From a bacterium (GTDB taxonomy: Bacteria; SZUA-182; DTGQ01; JAFGSM01): a DNA stretch of 28,205 nucleotides. The position numbers and the translations under genes are program-made. Each line of letters starts with the position of its first letter. Position 1 is the first letter of the stretch. Under the pieces are notes generated by a model that saw only the letters and a program-made list of their open reading frames with translations, had not been told where the DNA came from and did no database searches. Shown here piece after piece: positions 1-9,739 of this stretch. Location: positions 1-28,205 of the forward strand of contig JBLIRO010000065.1 of assembly GCA_049472335.1 (NCBI GenBank), written 5' to 3'.

Positions 1-141
1 AAAGTGAGCCCAAAAATGACAAATTCAGGCACACCAATAGTGTAAGGTATTGGTGAAGTACTGCTAGGGCAGGTTATGCGGGAAGATAATCAAAGAAACT
101 ATAGTCGTACATTGTTTCTTCAATTATCTTGGTTTCCTTGC

Positions 142-480
142 TCACTGGAGGGCTGTGGGCCGTTGGGGCTGCCAAAGGCCAAGATGTTTTAAGATCTTCT
201 CCACGACAAGCTGGTCATTGATGATAGCGATAATCCTCATTTCGTGCAGACATTTTGGGCACTGCAATGGATTCACTTCGTATACGCGCTTAATAAGCTC
301 GGCCCATTTTTTACTGCACGCCTTTTTAGGGGGAGGCGGCACATAAGAGATAGTACTATTGCCTTGGGATCTTTCCTGTGCTTTTAATCTTAAACCTCTT
401 GATTTGTTTGAGTAGTGACCATAATAGTGGACATTCCGACTACCATTATTGAGGATATGTGAAGTTATATAGGTGAACCA
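142..480 (-). pseudogene. IS91-family (rolling-circle, Y2) transposase, C-terminal remnant
   Basis: Extending the 142..342 ORF upstream in frame gives WFTYITSHILNNGSRNVHYYGHYSNKSRG...WAELIKRVYEVNPLQCPKCLHEMRIIAII...KILKHLGLW. This matches the SHIP..G...VRYYG.YSN and WA.LI.RV.EVDPL.CPxC motifs of IS91-type transposases. The frame is closed by a TAA at about 493-495, so the N-terminal part is missing. Confidence 0.8.
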
Positions 481-531
481 TGAATGACTTTTTTAAAAAA
501 TTCATTAAGATGAAAAAACTACGATTCCTTA

Positions 532-747
532 ATGGAGAAAATTCTATTTAGTATGATAGGCAGAGATGACCCCTCAAAAACCAAATTAGAACGAAGTGAT
601 TTTGCCCGCTCATGGCTCCTGAATAAATATAAAAAAGTAGTCAGTATCCATCATAGAAAAATCAATAATTATATCTTTTGGATTATCATTGCCATAACGG
701 TAATTCTGGTAATCCTTGCAGCATATATGCTTTTAATCCTTCTATAA
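532..747 (+). CDS. Hypothetical small protein with a C-terminal transmembrane helix
   Basis: 71-aa ORF ending in basic residues followed by a strongly hydrophobic stretch (YIFWIIIAITVILVILAAYMLLILL). No clear RBS, so the start is uncertain. Confidence 0.4.
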   Translation: MEKILFSMIGRDDPSKTKLERSDFARSWLLNKYKKVVSIHHRKINNYIFWIIIAITVILVILAAYMLLILL

Positions 748-751
748 TAGA

Positions 752-785
752 TGCCAAAATTTAGGCACCTGCCAAATTTTTAGCA
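752..785. promoter_or_regulatory. Tandem palindromic enhancer sites (NtrC-family activator UAS candidate)
   Basis: TGCC-AAAATTTA-GGCA (752-767) and TGCC-AAATTTTT-AGCA (770-785), 18 bp apart and about 160-190 bp upstream of a -24/-12 box. Confidence 0.65.
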
Positions 786-900
786 CTAAGCTTAATTCTA
801 TGTAAAAATTGATATTTAATACATTCGTGATCTATGGTTCTTTTTTCATTGCCTCAATCTTCTCACTTTCAAAACATCATAAAATGGATTTTTGAACCTA

Positions 901-913
901 TAACTACTTGAAA
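901..913 (-). promoter_or_regulatory. IHF-like binding site
   Basis: The reverse complement TTTCAA-GTAG-TTA has one mismatch to WATCAA-N4-TTR. It lies between the UAS and the sigma-54 box. Confidence 0.5.
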
Positions 914-941
914 AAAATGATATTTCTAAAAAACAGTTAAT

Positions 942-957
942 GGGCATCAAAGTTGCG
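942..957 (+). promoter_or_regulatory. Sigma-54 (-24/-12) promoter of the glnA cluster
   Basis: GGGCATCAAAGTTGCG: GG at 943-944 and GC at 955-956 with the exact 10-bp spacer and TTGC at -12. It lies upstream of glnA, a classic sigma-54 target. Confidence 0.75.
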
Positions 958-1023
958 GTTGTCCTTCATTATCTAAAATATTATCTAAAATCGATTTCTA
1001 GTAAAAACTTTTTATGAACATAA

Positions 1024-1233
1024 ATGAAAACAATGTATAAAAAAGAGGGCAAGTTGTTGAAGGACCAATACAAAAATTTGATCATGAGTCTGACTGATAA
1101 GGCATCGAAGGCCCTGGATGAGATTTGGTCCTTGTGGGAAATGGATCCATCTTCCAATGAGCTGAGAGACAGGTTTTACATGCTGGAAGAGTATCTTAAT
1201 CATATAAGAAAGATATGTGAGGAAAGGATCTAA
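1024..1233 (+). CDS. Small hypothetical helical protein, first gene of the glnA cluster
   Basis: 69-aa ORF (alternative start at 1033) between the sigma-54 box and glnA. Amphipathic helical pattern, and similar to ORF 9740..10051. Confidence 0.65.
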   Translation: MKTMYKKEGKLLKDQYKNLIMSLTDKASKALDEIWSLWEMDPSSNELRDRFYMLEEYLNHIRKICEERI

Positions 1234-1290
1234 ACAAAAGAGTTTTTTAGGAATGATGAGCAGGATTAATAAGCGGAGAGGAGGAAAAAA

Positions 1291-2622
1291 ATGTCCACCA
1301 AAAGCAAAGATGAAATATTAAAGATTGTTAAAGAAAGGGATGTGAAATTCATCCGTCTGTGGTTTACAGATATACTGGGTCAGGTAAAGAGTTTTTCCAT
1401 TACCGAAAGCGAGTTGGAAGGGGCTCTGGAAAACGGAATGGGATTTGATGGTTCCTCCATAACAGGTTATCAATCCATTGAAGAAAGCGACATGATTGCC
1501 ATGCCTGATCCCAACACATTCCAGTTATTACCCTGGCGGCCTAAGGAGAAGGCAGTAGCACGCATGATATGCGATATCCTTACCCCTGATAAAAAACCCT
1601 ATGAGGGCGACCCCCGGTATGTTCTGAAGCGGGCCTTACAAAGGGCAAAGGATCTGGGATACGATCATTACTATCTGGGACCGGAGCTGGAATTTTTCTA
1701 TTTCAAGTCTGATCAGGCCACCGACATCCTCGATAAAGGAGGCTATTTCGATCTCACGACCCTGGATGTGGCAAGCGATCTGAGGCGGGATACGGTGCTT
1801 GCCCTTGAGGCCATGGGCATTCCTATTGAATATAGTCATCATGAAGTGGGGCCGTCTCAGCATGAAATAGACATGCGTTACACAGATGCACTGAAAATGG
1901 CTGACAATGTTATTACCTACCGGATTGTGGTCAAGGAGATTGCTCAAAAATACGGATATTATGCCACCTTTATGCCCAAACCCCTGTTCGGTGAAAATGG
2001 GAGCGGTATGCATACACATCAATCCCTATTCAAAGGCGATAAAAACGCCTTCTTTGACAAAAATGACAAATATCATCTGAGCCCGGAAGCAAAGGGATTT
2101 ATCGCGGGGCAATTAAAACACGCCAAGGAGATGTCTTCTGTTTTCGCGCAATGGATCAACTCTTACAAACGATTGGTTCCCGGTTATGAGGCGCCTGTTT
2201 ATATCGCGTGGTCCAAGCGCAACCGTTCAGCCCTGATCCGGGTGCCCATGTATCATCCCGGAATGGAAAAGGCAACAAGGGCGGAATTGCGGTGTCCTGA
2301 TCCGGCGTGTAATCCCTATCTGACCTTTGCTGCAATGTTACATACCGGTCTTGAAGGTATCGAGAAAAAGTATCCCCTGCCGGAGCCTATGGAAAAGAAC
2401 CTGTATCATCTGTTACCGGAAGAGAGGAGAGAAGCCGGAGTGGATTCTTTACCGGACAGCCTGGGTGAAGCCATCTCCATCACCGCAAACAGTGATCTCA
2501 TGAAAAACATATTGGGCGAGCATGTATTTTCAAGATTTATTGCCCTAAAGAGAAATGAGTGGGAGGATTATCGCATACAATTAACCCAGTATGAGTTAAA
2601 TAAATTACTGTCAATTTTATAA
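1291..2622 (+). CDS. glnA: Glutamine synthetase type I
   Basis: Motifs VKFIRLWFTDILG, FDGSSI, HHEVGPSQHEI, ATFMPKP..GENGSGMHTH, YKRLVPGYEAP, NRSALIRVP and ELRCPDPACNPYL. RBS GGAGG. Confidence 0.98.
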   Translation: MSTKSKDEILKIVKERDVKFIRLWFTDILGQVKSFSITESELEGALENGMGFDGSSITGYQSIEESDMIAMPDPNTFQLLPWRPKEKAVARMICDILTPDKKPYEGDPRYVLKRALQRAKDLGYDHYYLGPELEFFYFKSDQATDILDKGGYFDLTTLDVASDLRRDTVLALEAMGIPIEYSHHEVGPSQHEIDMRYTDALKMADNVITYRIVVKEIAQKYGYYATFMPKPLFGENGSGMHTHQSLFKGDKNAFFDKNDKYHLSPEAKGFIAGQLKHAKEMSSVFAQWINSYKRLVPGYEAPVYIAWSKRNRSALIRVPMYHPGMEKATRAELRCPDPACNPYLTFAAMLHTGLEGIEKKYPLPEPMEKNLYHLLPEERREAGVDSLPDSLGEAISITANSDLMKNILGEHVFSRFIALKRNEWEDYRIQLTQYELNKLLSIL

Positions 2623-2642
2623 GATGGAATTTAAGTAATGGA

Positions 2643-2681
2643 TTGAAGAGGCACAAAGCCTGAAGCCAAGTGCCTCTTCAA
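2643..2681 (+). other. 12-bp stem-loop after glnA (terminator/attenuator or mRNA stabiliser)
   Basis: Perfect inverted repeat TTGAAGAGGCAC...GTGCCTCTTCAA, with no immediate U-tract. Confidence 0.55.
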
Positions 2682-2754
2682 AAACTCTTTGTGGATTTGA
2701 TAATATTTTTTTATTCATAACTGCTTATTTTTTAAGCAAGTTAGATTAATTAAT

Positions 2755-3927
2755 ATGAAGGACTTATCTTTAGGATACAAAAAACTGATCGCGGACAGGG
2801 ATTATCGAGTACCAAGCGGATGCGCGGTTACCGGAATTATGAACGAGTCCGGAAAATGTTTCAGCGGAAACGCCATTATCGATTCCATTACACTCATGCA
2901 TGACCGGGGAAACGGGATGGGAGGCGGATTTGCCGCTTACGGCATCTACCCGGATATGGCTAAGCACTATACCTTTCATATCATGTATGATCAAGAAGAT
3001 GCAAAACAAAAGGCGGAGGAATATCTGAGGGGTTTTTTTACCATAATCCATGACGGGCCCATTCCCTTCCGGGAGACAAAAAGGATCGGCGTCAGCCCCA
3101 TTCTATGGAAATACTTTCTTGATCCCAAGGAAGACATTATGGCAAAAGAGGTTTTCGGCAGTGAAGAGGACCTGGTTTTCCATACCGTTATGCATGTAAA
3201 CAGCGGGATTAAAAATGCATTTGTGTTCTCAAGCGGAAAAAATATGGGCATCTTCAAAGGTGTGGGATATCCGGAGGACATTGCCGAATTCTTCAAACTC
3301 GATCAATATAAGGGATATCTCTGGACCGCACACGGAAGGTTCCCTACAAACAGCGTGGCCTGGTGGGGGGGCGCTCATCCCTTCGGGCTTCTTGACTGGT
3401 CAGTGGTTCACAATGGCGAGATCTCCTCATACGGAAGCAATAGGCGCTATCTGGAGAGTTTCGGTTATCATTGTTCATTCTTTACGGATACAGAGGTCAT
3501 TATCTATCTTTTCGATCTGCTCCATCGAAAGCACAGGCTTTCCTTTGAGATCATCGCAAAGATCCTTTCAACCCACTTCTGGAATGACATCGAGAGGATG
3601 CCGGAAGATGAGAGGGCATTATACAAAAGCCTGAGGATCGTCTATGGCCCTGCCCTGCTCAATGGTCCCTTTGCAGTGATAACCGCCAATTCAGGAAACA
3701 TGATCGGATTGAATGACAGGGTTAAACTGCGGCCGCTCGTTGCTGCCCGGCATGGGGATTTCCTTTACATCGCCTCTGAGGAATCAGCCATCAGGGAGGT
3801 TTGTCCCAAGCCGGACAGGGTCTGGATGCCACGTGCCGGAGAACCTGTAATCGGGCGTTTGAGAGCCCCTTCATCGGATGAAAACTGTCACCTGAGCAAA
3901 AACAAAGAAGAAGTCGAGGTATTGTAA
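2755..3927 (+). CDS. Class II glutamine amidotransferase, split glutamate synthase subunit (GltB1/GlxB-like)
   Basis: PSG-C-AVTG N-terminal nucleophile Cys after a short propeptide, plus [42 protein letters not shown] and NDRVKLRP. Confidence 0.93.
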   Translation: MKDLSLGYKKLIADRDYRVPSGCAVTGIMNESGKCFSGNAIIDSITLMHDRGNGMGGGFAAYGIYPDMAKHYTFHIMYDQEDAKQKAEEYLRGFFTIIHDGPIPFRETKRIGVSPILWKYFLDPKEDIMAKEVFGSEEDLVFHTVMHVNSGIKNAFVFSSGKNMGIFKGVGYPEDIAEFFKLDQYKGYLWTAHGRFPTNSVAWWGGAHPFGLLDWSVVHNGEISSYGSNRRYLESFGYHCSFFTDTEVIIYLFDLLHRKHRLSFEIIAKILSTHFWNDIERMPEDERALYKSLRIVYGPALLNGPFAVITANSGNMIGLNDRVKLRPLVAARHGDFLYIASEESAIREVCPKPDRVWMPRAGEPVIGRLRAPSSDENCHLSKNKEEVEVL

Positions 3928-3929
3928 TA

Positions 3930-5453
3930 ATGGCCAGGGTACCCTTAATATCTGATTTTATAGTGGAACGGGATCAGGACAAATGCATCAGTTGTCAGGT
4001 GTGCTGCCGTATGTGTGCCTTTGACAGCCATCGCTATGATCCGGAAACAGAACAGGTCTCAACGGATTCCACAAAGTGCATAGGCTGCCATTTTTGTGAG
4101 AGCTTTTGTCCTACAAATGCCCTTCTTATAAGAGAAAATCCGTCCAAATCGAGAGGAAATGCCAACTGGCAGCAGGAGACCCTTGTAGGAATAACGAAAC
4201 AGGCTGATACAGGAGGGGTGCTCCTGACCGGAATGGGATGCGACCGCCCCTATCCCGTTTACTGGGACCATATCCTTCTAAATGCCTCACAGGTGACCAA
4301 TCCTTCCATAGATCCCTTGAGGGAACCCATGGAGCTGCGCACATACATAGGGAGGAAACCCGAACGCCTCCATATCGATGAATCAGAAAAAGGCATGGCA
4401 TCACTAAAGACTATTTCAAGCGGCCTTATGGTACTGGAGACCCCTATACTCTTTTCCGCCATGTCCTATGGCTCCATAAGCCTGAATGCCTGCCGTTCCC
4501 TGGCGAGGGCGGCATCCGAATTCGGCACCTTTTACAATACGGGTGAGGGTGGGCTGCACAGGGAGCTTTACAAATATGGAAAGAATACCATTGTACAGGT
4601 TGCCTCAGGCAGGTTTGGCGTTCACGCGGAATATCTGAATGCCGGAGGGGCCATCGAAATCAAGATCGGCCAGGGGGCAAAACCCGGCATCGGCGGACAT
4701 CTGCCCGGAGAAAAGGTGGATATGGAAATCAGCAGAACCCGTATGATACCAAAAGGATCGGATGCCATCTCCCCTGCCCCGCATCATGACATCTATTCCA
4801 TCGAGGACCTGAGACAGCTCATCTTTGCGCTAAAAGAGGCCACCCGGTATCAGAAACCCGTAGGTGTCAAGATATCCGCCGTGCATAATGTGGCGCCCAT
4901 CGCCACAGGAATTGTGCGCGCAGGAGCCGATTTTGTCAGTATCGACGGATTGCGGGGCGGCACAGGAGCGGCACCGACCATCATCAGGAACAACGTGGGC
5001 ATTCCCATTGAATTGGCCATAGCCGCGGTGGATACAAGGCTTCGGGAGGAAGGTATCAGGAACCACGCATCCGTGATCGCCGCGGGCGGTTTCAGAAACA
5101 GCGGGGATGTATTCAAGGCCATTGCCCTGGGTGCGGATGCCGTGTATATCGGAACAGCCGCACTCGTGGCCATGGGGTGCCATGTGTGCCAGAAATGTTA
5201 CACCGGAAAATGCAATTGGGGAATCGCGACCCAGGACCCTTATCTTACCAAAAGGCTGAATCCCAACATCGGCGCCCGAAGGCTGATGAATCTTCTTCGT
5301 GGCTGGTCCCTGGAGATAAAAGAGATGTTGGGAGGGATGGGGATAAATTCCATAGAGTCCCTACGCGGAAACAGAGAGGCGTTAAGGGGTGTGGGTCTTA
5401 CTGATACGGATTTGAGGCTCCTGGGAATCAAACCGGCAGGAGAATCCTGGTGA
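3930..5453 (+). CDS. gltB: Glutamate synthase FMN-binding subunit with N-terminal 2x[4Fe-4S] domain (GltB2/GlxD-like)
   Basis: N-terminal CxxCxxCxxxC twice, then AMSYGSIS, NTGEGG, QVASGRFGV, EIKIGQGAKPGIGGHLPGEKV, SPAPHHDIYSIEDL and the CHVCQKCYTGKC cluster motif. Confidence 0.96.
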   Translation: MARVPLISDFIVERDQDKCISCQVCCRMCAFDSHRYDPETEQVSTDSTKCIGCHFCESFCPTNALLIRENPSKSRGNANWQQETLVGITKQADTGGVLLTGMGCDRPYPVYWDHILLNASQVTNPSIDPLREPMELRTYIGRKPERLHIDESEKGMASLKTISSGLMVLETPILFSAMSYGSISLNACRSLARAASEFGTFYNTGEGGLHRELYKYGKNTIVQVASGRFGVHAEYLNAGGAIEIKIGQGAKPGIGGHLPGEKVDMEISRTRMIPKGSDAISPAPHHDIYSIEDLRQLIFALKEATRYQKPVGVKISAVHNVAPIATGIVRAGADFVSIDGLRGGTGAAPTIIRNNVGIPIELAIAAVDTRLREEGIRNHASVIAAGGFRNSGDVFKAIALGADAVYIGTAALVAMGCHVCQKCYTGKCNWGIATQDPYLTKRLNPNIGARRLMNLLRGWSLEIKEMLGGMGINSIESLRGNREALRGVGLTDTDLRLLGIKPAGESW

Positions 5454-5574
5454 TTAAACAGATTATTATCCCTGGGCAATCCCCAAGGATTTGCAGCAAT
5501 TCTAATTATGACAATAGGCTTTCCGGAACGTGGGATCAAATTCAGAATTGCTGAAGGATTTGAGGAATTGATAC

Positions 5575-6012
5575 ATGAAAAAGATCATCATTCATGAAGA
5601 ATACTGCATGGGATGCAGGCTTTGCGAGATTCATTGCCTTGTCCAGCATTCCAGGTCAAAAGAGATTATCAAGGCCTATAAAGGTGAATATCCAAAGGCC
5701 CTGCCCCGTTTGGTGGTTGAAGAGAAGGGTTATCAATCCTTCGCCCTGCAATGCCGTCACTGTGAGGATGCCCCCTGTCTGGATGCCTGCATGACAGGCG
5801 CCATGCATCGGGACACCGTTACAGGTGCGGTAATCTGCGACGAAGACAAATGCGTTGGCTGCTGGATGTGCATCATGGTTTGCCCCTTTGGCGTGATTGC
5901 CAGAAATATGGAAGGCAAAAAGGTGGCTTCCAAGTGCGACCTGTGCGGTGGTGAAACAGAGCCGGTTTGTGTCCGGAATTGTCCGAACGAGGCCATAACC
6001 ATTGAGGAATGA
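5575..6012 (+). CDS. 4Fe-4S dicluster electron-transfer protein (CooF/HydN-like)
   Basis: CMGCRLCEIHC, CRHCEDAPCLDAC, CVGCWMCIMVCP and KCDLC...PVCVRNCP. Confidence 0.93.
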   Translation: MKKIIIHEEYCMGCRLCEIHCLVQHSRSKEIIKAYKGEYPKALPRLVVEEKGYQSFALQCRHCEDAPCLDACMTGAMHRDTVTGAVICDEDKCVGCWMCIMVCPFGVIARNMEGKKVASKCDLCGGETEPVCVRNCPNEAITIEE

Positions 6013-6090
6013 AAAATGTTGAATACCGGTTCCGATACAAGCCACGCAATGAACATAAATATTTTTTCCATAATTATCAAGGATTGAAAG

Positions 6091-7401
6091 ATGTTGAATG
6101 CAAAATATGTAATCATCGGGAATTCCATTGCAGCCGTCCATGCCGTTGAGGCCATCCGGGAAAGAGATAAATATGGAAGCATTATCCTTATATCGGATGA
6201 GAATTGCCATGTCTATTCAAGGCCTTTGATCTCCTATTATCTGGGTGAAAAGGTAAAAGCGGACCAAATGGATTATCGGCCCGCATCCTTTTATTCAGAT
6301 CATAATGTTAAGGCAATCCTGGGACAAAGGGCTGTGAGCCTCGATTCCCAATCCAAAACGGTAGTATTAGAGGATCAAACCCGGATCCGGTTTGAAAAGC
6401 TACTGCTGACTACCGGAGGATCTCCCTTCATCCCTGACATTCCCGGCAGGGAGATGCAAGGCATCTTCAGTTTTACCACTATTGAGGATGCTGATTGTTT
6501 AAGAGAATTTATAAAAAATCACAACACCAGGAGGGCTGTGGTATTGGGAGGGGGCTTGATCGGCTTAAAGGCCACAGAGGCCCTGATTGCATTGAATATT
6601 CAGGTTACCATTGTTGAGCTTGCAGACCGTATATTAAGTGCCACCTTCGATCTCACCGCATCCCGGATAATTGAAAAGGCCCTGAATATGGTGGGCTGTT
6701 CCATTATAACAGGCAATACAGTCAAGGAGTTCATTGAAGGAGAAGATGGAAGAGTAGGCGCGGTCTTACTGAAGGATGATTCCAGGATCGAGACCGACCT
6801 GGTCATTATAGCCATCGGTGTCCATCCGAGGGTGGATCTCGCAAAAGGGACAGATATCAAAGTTGGCAGGGGCATCCTTGTTGACCGTTTCCTTCAGACA
6901 ACTGTCAAAGATATATACGCAGCAGGGGATGTGGTGGAGTGCTTTGATTTTATAATGAATACGAACAGGCCGGTGGCCATCCTCCCCAATGCATCGAAAC
7001 AGGGCCGGATATCAGGACATAATATGGCAGGCGGGGAAAAGATATATGAAGGCTGTATGGCTATGAACTCAGTGGAACTGGCAGGCATTCCAACCATCTC
7101 CGCAGGTTTGACTGATCCAGCATTACTTTCGGATAAAAACAGAGGGAAAAATATTGAAGTTCTTCAGGAATTGCTGGAGGAAAGGGGCACTTATAAAAAG
7201 GTCATCATTGAGGGGAACCGGATCATTGGGGTAATTTTGATCGGAAACATTGACCGTGCGGGAATATATACCGGATTGATCAAGGACAGGGTTGATATTT
7301 CTTCATTTAAGGATCATCTTCTAAAGGATGACTTCGGGCTCTTATCTCTTCCCAGGGAATATCGCAAACACCTGGTGACCGGACAGGGGATCGAAGTATG
7401 A
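6091..7401 (+). CDS. FAD-dependent NAD(P)H oxidoreductase (Pyr_redox, NirB N-terminal-like)
   Basis: YVIIGNSIAA, YSRPLISY, LLLTTGGSP, VVLGGGLIG, AIGVHP and IYAAGDV FAD/NAD-binding motifs. Confidence 0.92.
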   Translation: MLNAKYVIIGNSIAAVHAVEAIRERDKYGSIILISDENCHVYSRPLISYYLGEKVKADQMDYRPASFYSDHNVKAILGQRAVSLDSQSKTVVLEDQTRIRFEKLLLTTGGSPFIPDIPGREMQGIFSFTTIEDADCLREFIKNHNTRRAVVLGGGLIGLKATEALIALNIQVTIVELADRILSATFDLTASRIIEKALNMVGCSIITGNTVKEFIEGEDGRVGAVLLKDDSRIETDLVIIAIGVHPRVDLAKGTDIKVGRGILVDRFLQTTVKDIYAAGDVVECFDFIMNTNRPVAILPNASKQGRISGHNMAGGEKIYEGCMAMNSVELAGIPTISAGLTDPALLSDKNRGKNIEVLQELLEERGTYKKVIIEGNRIIGVILIGNIDRAGIYTGLIKDRVDISSFKDHLLKDDFGLLSLPREYRKHLVTGQGIEV

Positions 7402-7499
7402 ATACGTTCGAGCAGGCCCGGGTATGGAAGTATGAAGTAAGTCTTAAAGGGCGGATGGAACAATTGGATGAAAAATATGCTTGCAATACAGGAGCTACC

Positions 7500-8234
7500 A
7501 TGACAATCGATGCAAAGGGGAGTCATTATAAGTTATTGAATGAAAAGATTCGCCAATCGATCCTTGATGGTGAACATGAGATAGTTCTGGAAAACGTGAA
7601 CGGGCAGCGCTATATAGGAGACGGGCTGACCGGTGACACGCGAATCATTATCAAAGGGACACCGGGTAATGATTTAGGGACCTTTATGAACGGGCCCACC
7701 CTGGATGTTCATGGCAATGCCCAGGACGGGATCGGAAACACCATGAATGACGGAAAGATCCTGGTGCACGGCCATGCCGGTGATATCGTTGGTTATGCCA
7801 TGCGCGGCGGAAAGATCTTTATAAAGGGCGATGTGGGATACAGGGTAGGCATTCATATGAAGGCATATGAGGGTTTCTATCCTGTTATCATTGCAGGAGG
7901 CACAGTACAGGACTTTTTGGGCGAATACATGGCCGGCGGATTGATTATCATCCTGGGGATGGATGAAAGCTTGAAAAGGCCAATTGTCGGGAACTATTGC
8001 GGCACCGGAATGCATGCCGGAATCATATATATCAGGGGTGATGTTAATGATTATCAATTGGGCAAGGAAGTAAAACCCTTTCCCCTGAATGAAGAGGACC
8101 ATAAAACAATTAAAACCTATGTGGATGAATTTGCACAGGATTTTTCCTTTGATCCAAAGGAGATCCTCAACAGTCCCTTTTGCAAGCTTATCCCGTATAC
8201 ACATCGTCCCTACGGGAAATTATATGCTTATTAG
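7500..8234 (+). CDS. Glutamate synthase GXGXG beta-helix subunit (GltB3/GlxC-like)
   Basis: NVNGQRYIG, GTPGNDLG, GNAQDGIGNTMNDG, GDVGYRVGIHMK, DFLGEYMAGG and GTGMHAG. The ORF is open from 7398, but ATG 7500 has a GGAG RBS and fits the usual N-terminus (MTIDA). Confidence 0.92.
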   Translation: MTIDAKGSHYKLLNEKIRQSILDGEHEIVLENVNGQRYIGDGLTGDTRIIIKGTPGNDLGTFMNGPTLDVHGNAQDGIGNTMNDGKILVHGHAGDIVGYAMRGGKIFIKGDVGYRVGIHMKAYEGFYPVIIAGGTVQDFLGEYMAGGLIIILGMDESLKRPIVGNYCGTGMHAGIIYIRGDVNDYQLGKEVKPFPLNEEDHKTIKTYVDEFAQDFSFDPKEILNSPFCKLIPYTHRPYGKLYAY

Positions 8235-8237
8235 GAG

Positions 8238-8423
8238 AAAAAGGGGACGGCTTTTTTGAAATGCAAATTGTAAATTTTAAAATGCAAATTGCAAAATTAA
8301 GCAAAAGACATGATCTCTAGGAAGACAAATGGCCGGTTCTATTTTTAGGGAAAAAAGGGGACAGTTCAAAAAAAGGGGACGGTTCTATTTTTAAAAAGAC
8401 TAACAAAGGAGACAGTTTTATTT
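8238..8423 (+). repeat. Cluster of AAAAGGGGAC(G/A)GTTCTATTT REP-like repeats plus a 7-nt periodic tract
   Basis: Full or partial copies at about 8238-8257, 8326-8346, 8351-8367, 8368-8392 and 8405-8423. Heptamer tract at 8259-8300. Confidence 0.8.
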
Positions 8424-8440
8424 CCAGAGGAAATGCTTAA

Positions 8441-9682
8441 ATGCTTAAGACATTAAGAAATAATGATCCTGAGATAACCCATGCCATTGATAAAGAGCTT
8501 AAGAGACAAATAGAGAATATAAACCTTACCGCCTCTGAAAATTTTGCCTCACAAGCTGTTATGGAAACCTGTGGCTCAGTGCTTACCAATAAATATGCCG
8601 AAGGTTATCCCGGCAAACGTTATTACGGCGGATGTGAATATGCAGACAGCATTGAGACAATTGCCATTAACCGGGCCAAGGAGCTTTTCGAATCAGAGCA
8701 TGCAAACGTACAGCCTCATTCGGGATCTCAGGCAAATACGGCCGTATATCTTGCATTCCTCAATCCCGGAGATGTGGTGCTTAGCATGAAACTTTCACAC
8801 GGCGGTCACTTGAGTCATGGCAAAGAGGTTAATATCTCAGGCAGGTATTATGATTTCTGTTTTTATGGAGTCAGCCGGGAGGATGAGAGGATAGATTATG
8901 ATGAGGTTGAAAGGCTTGCCATGGAGAGAAAACCCAAGATGATTGTGGCCGGAGCAAGCGCCTATCCCAGGTTTATTGATTTTAAAAGATTCAGGGAGAT
9001 TGCTGATAAAGCAGGGGCCATCCTCCTTGTGGATATGGCCCATATCGCCGGCTTGGTTGCTGCGGGGGCACACCCCAGCCCTGTGCCGTTTAGTGATGTG
9101 GTCACTGCAACAACCCATAAAACATTGAGGGGCCCCAGAGGCGGGTTAATCCTCTGCAGAAAAAGATATGCGAAACAAATCGACAAGGCGGTATTTCCCG
9201 GCATCCAGGGAGGTCCCCTGATGCATGTGATAGCAGCAAAAGGTGTGGCTTTTAAAGAGGCCCTAAAACCCGAATTCAGAGATTATCAATATCAGGTTGT
9301 AAAAAACGCCCGGAAACTTGCCCAGGGCCTTTCATCAAAAGGATTCAGGATTGTCTCCGGAGGAACGGATAATCATCTCATGCTCGTTGACCTTAAGAAT
9401 AAGGGCATAACCGGTTTGCAGGCAGAAAGGGCTCTGGATGAAACCGGGATTACAGTGAACAAGAACACCATCCCCTTTGAAACGGAATCACCCTTTATAA
9501 CCAGCGGTATTCGTTTAGGAACCCCTGCCGCTACCACAAGGGGAATGAAAGAAAAGGAAATGGGGATTATTGCGGAACTGATAAGTGCTGTATTGAATGA
9601 TATTGATAATCAAAATATCAAGAAAAAAGTAAAGGAGCATACTATGAGCCTTTGCATGAGATTTCCATTGTATGGGTCTTAG
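8441..9682 (+). CDS. glyA: Serine hydroxymethyltransferase
   Basis: [55 protein letters not shown] (PLP lysine), [11 protein letters not shown] and SGIRLGTPA. Confidence 0.98.
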   Translation: MLKTLRNNDPEITHAIDKELKRQIENINLTASENFASQAVMETCGSVLTNKYAEGYPGKRYYGGCEYADSIETIAINRAKELFESEHANVQPHSGSQANTAVYLAFLNPGDVVLSMKLSHGGHLSHGKEVNISGRYYDFCFYGVSREDERIDYDEVERLAMERKPKMIVAGASAYPRFIDFKRFREIADKAGAILLVDMAHIAGLVAAGAHPSPVPFSDVVTATTHKTLRGPRGGLILCRKRYAKQIDKAVFPGIQGGPLMHVIAAKGVAFKEALKPEFRDYQYQVVKNARKLAQGLSSKGFRIVSGGTDNHLMLVDLKNKGITGLQAERALDETGITVNKNTIPFETESPFITSGIRLGTPAATTRGMKEKEMGIIAELISAVLNDIDNQNIKKKVKEHTMSLCMRFPLYGS

Positions 9683-9739
9683 TTAAAGACATCCATTATG
9701 TAACAAATATCATATTCAAAAATGGATGGAGGCATCAAA

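Noticed and set aside
480..551. Short ORF MNDFFKKFIKMKKLRFLNGENSI with an AGGTG SD, possibly frameshifted into 532..747
   Set aside because: The SD lies within the IS91 remnant and there is no homology evidence. It cannot be supported from sequence alone.
7398..7499. N-terminal extension of the GXGXG subunit
   Set aside because: ATG 7500 has an RBS and matches the expected domain start. Translational coupling from 7398 cannot be fully excluded.
1291..8234. N-methylglutamate (gmaS-mgsABC) methylamine pathway interpretation
   Set aside because: The GS has canonical type I motifs. The GltB2 carries an N-terminal ferredoxin domain as in archaeal-type GOGAT. No mgd/sox genes are present.
8238..8423. 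Possible CRISPR array
   Set aside because: Repeats are degenerate, spacing is irregular (0-70 bp), and there are no cas genes.
1636..9204. Numerous antisense and overlapping ORFs inside glnA, the glt subunits and glyA
   Set aside because: They overlap well-supported conserved genes and show no recognisable motifs or RBS.
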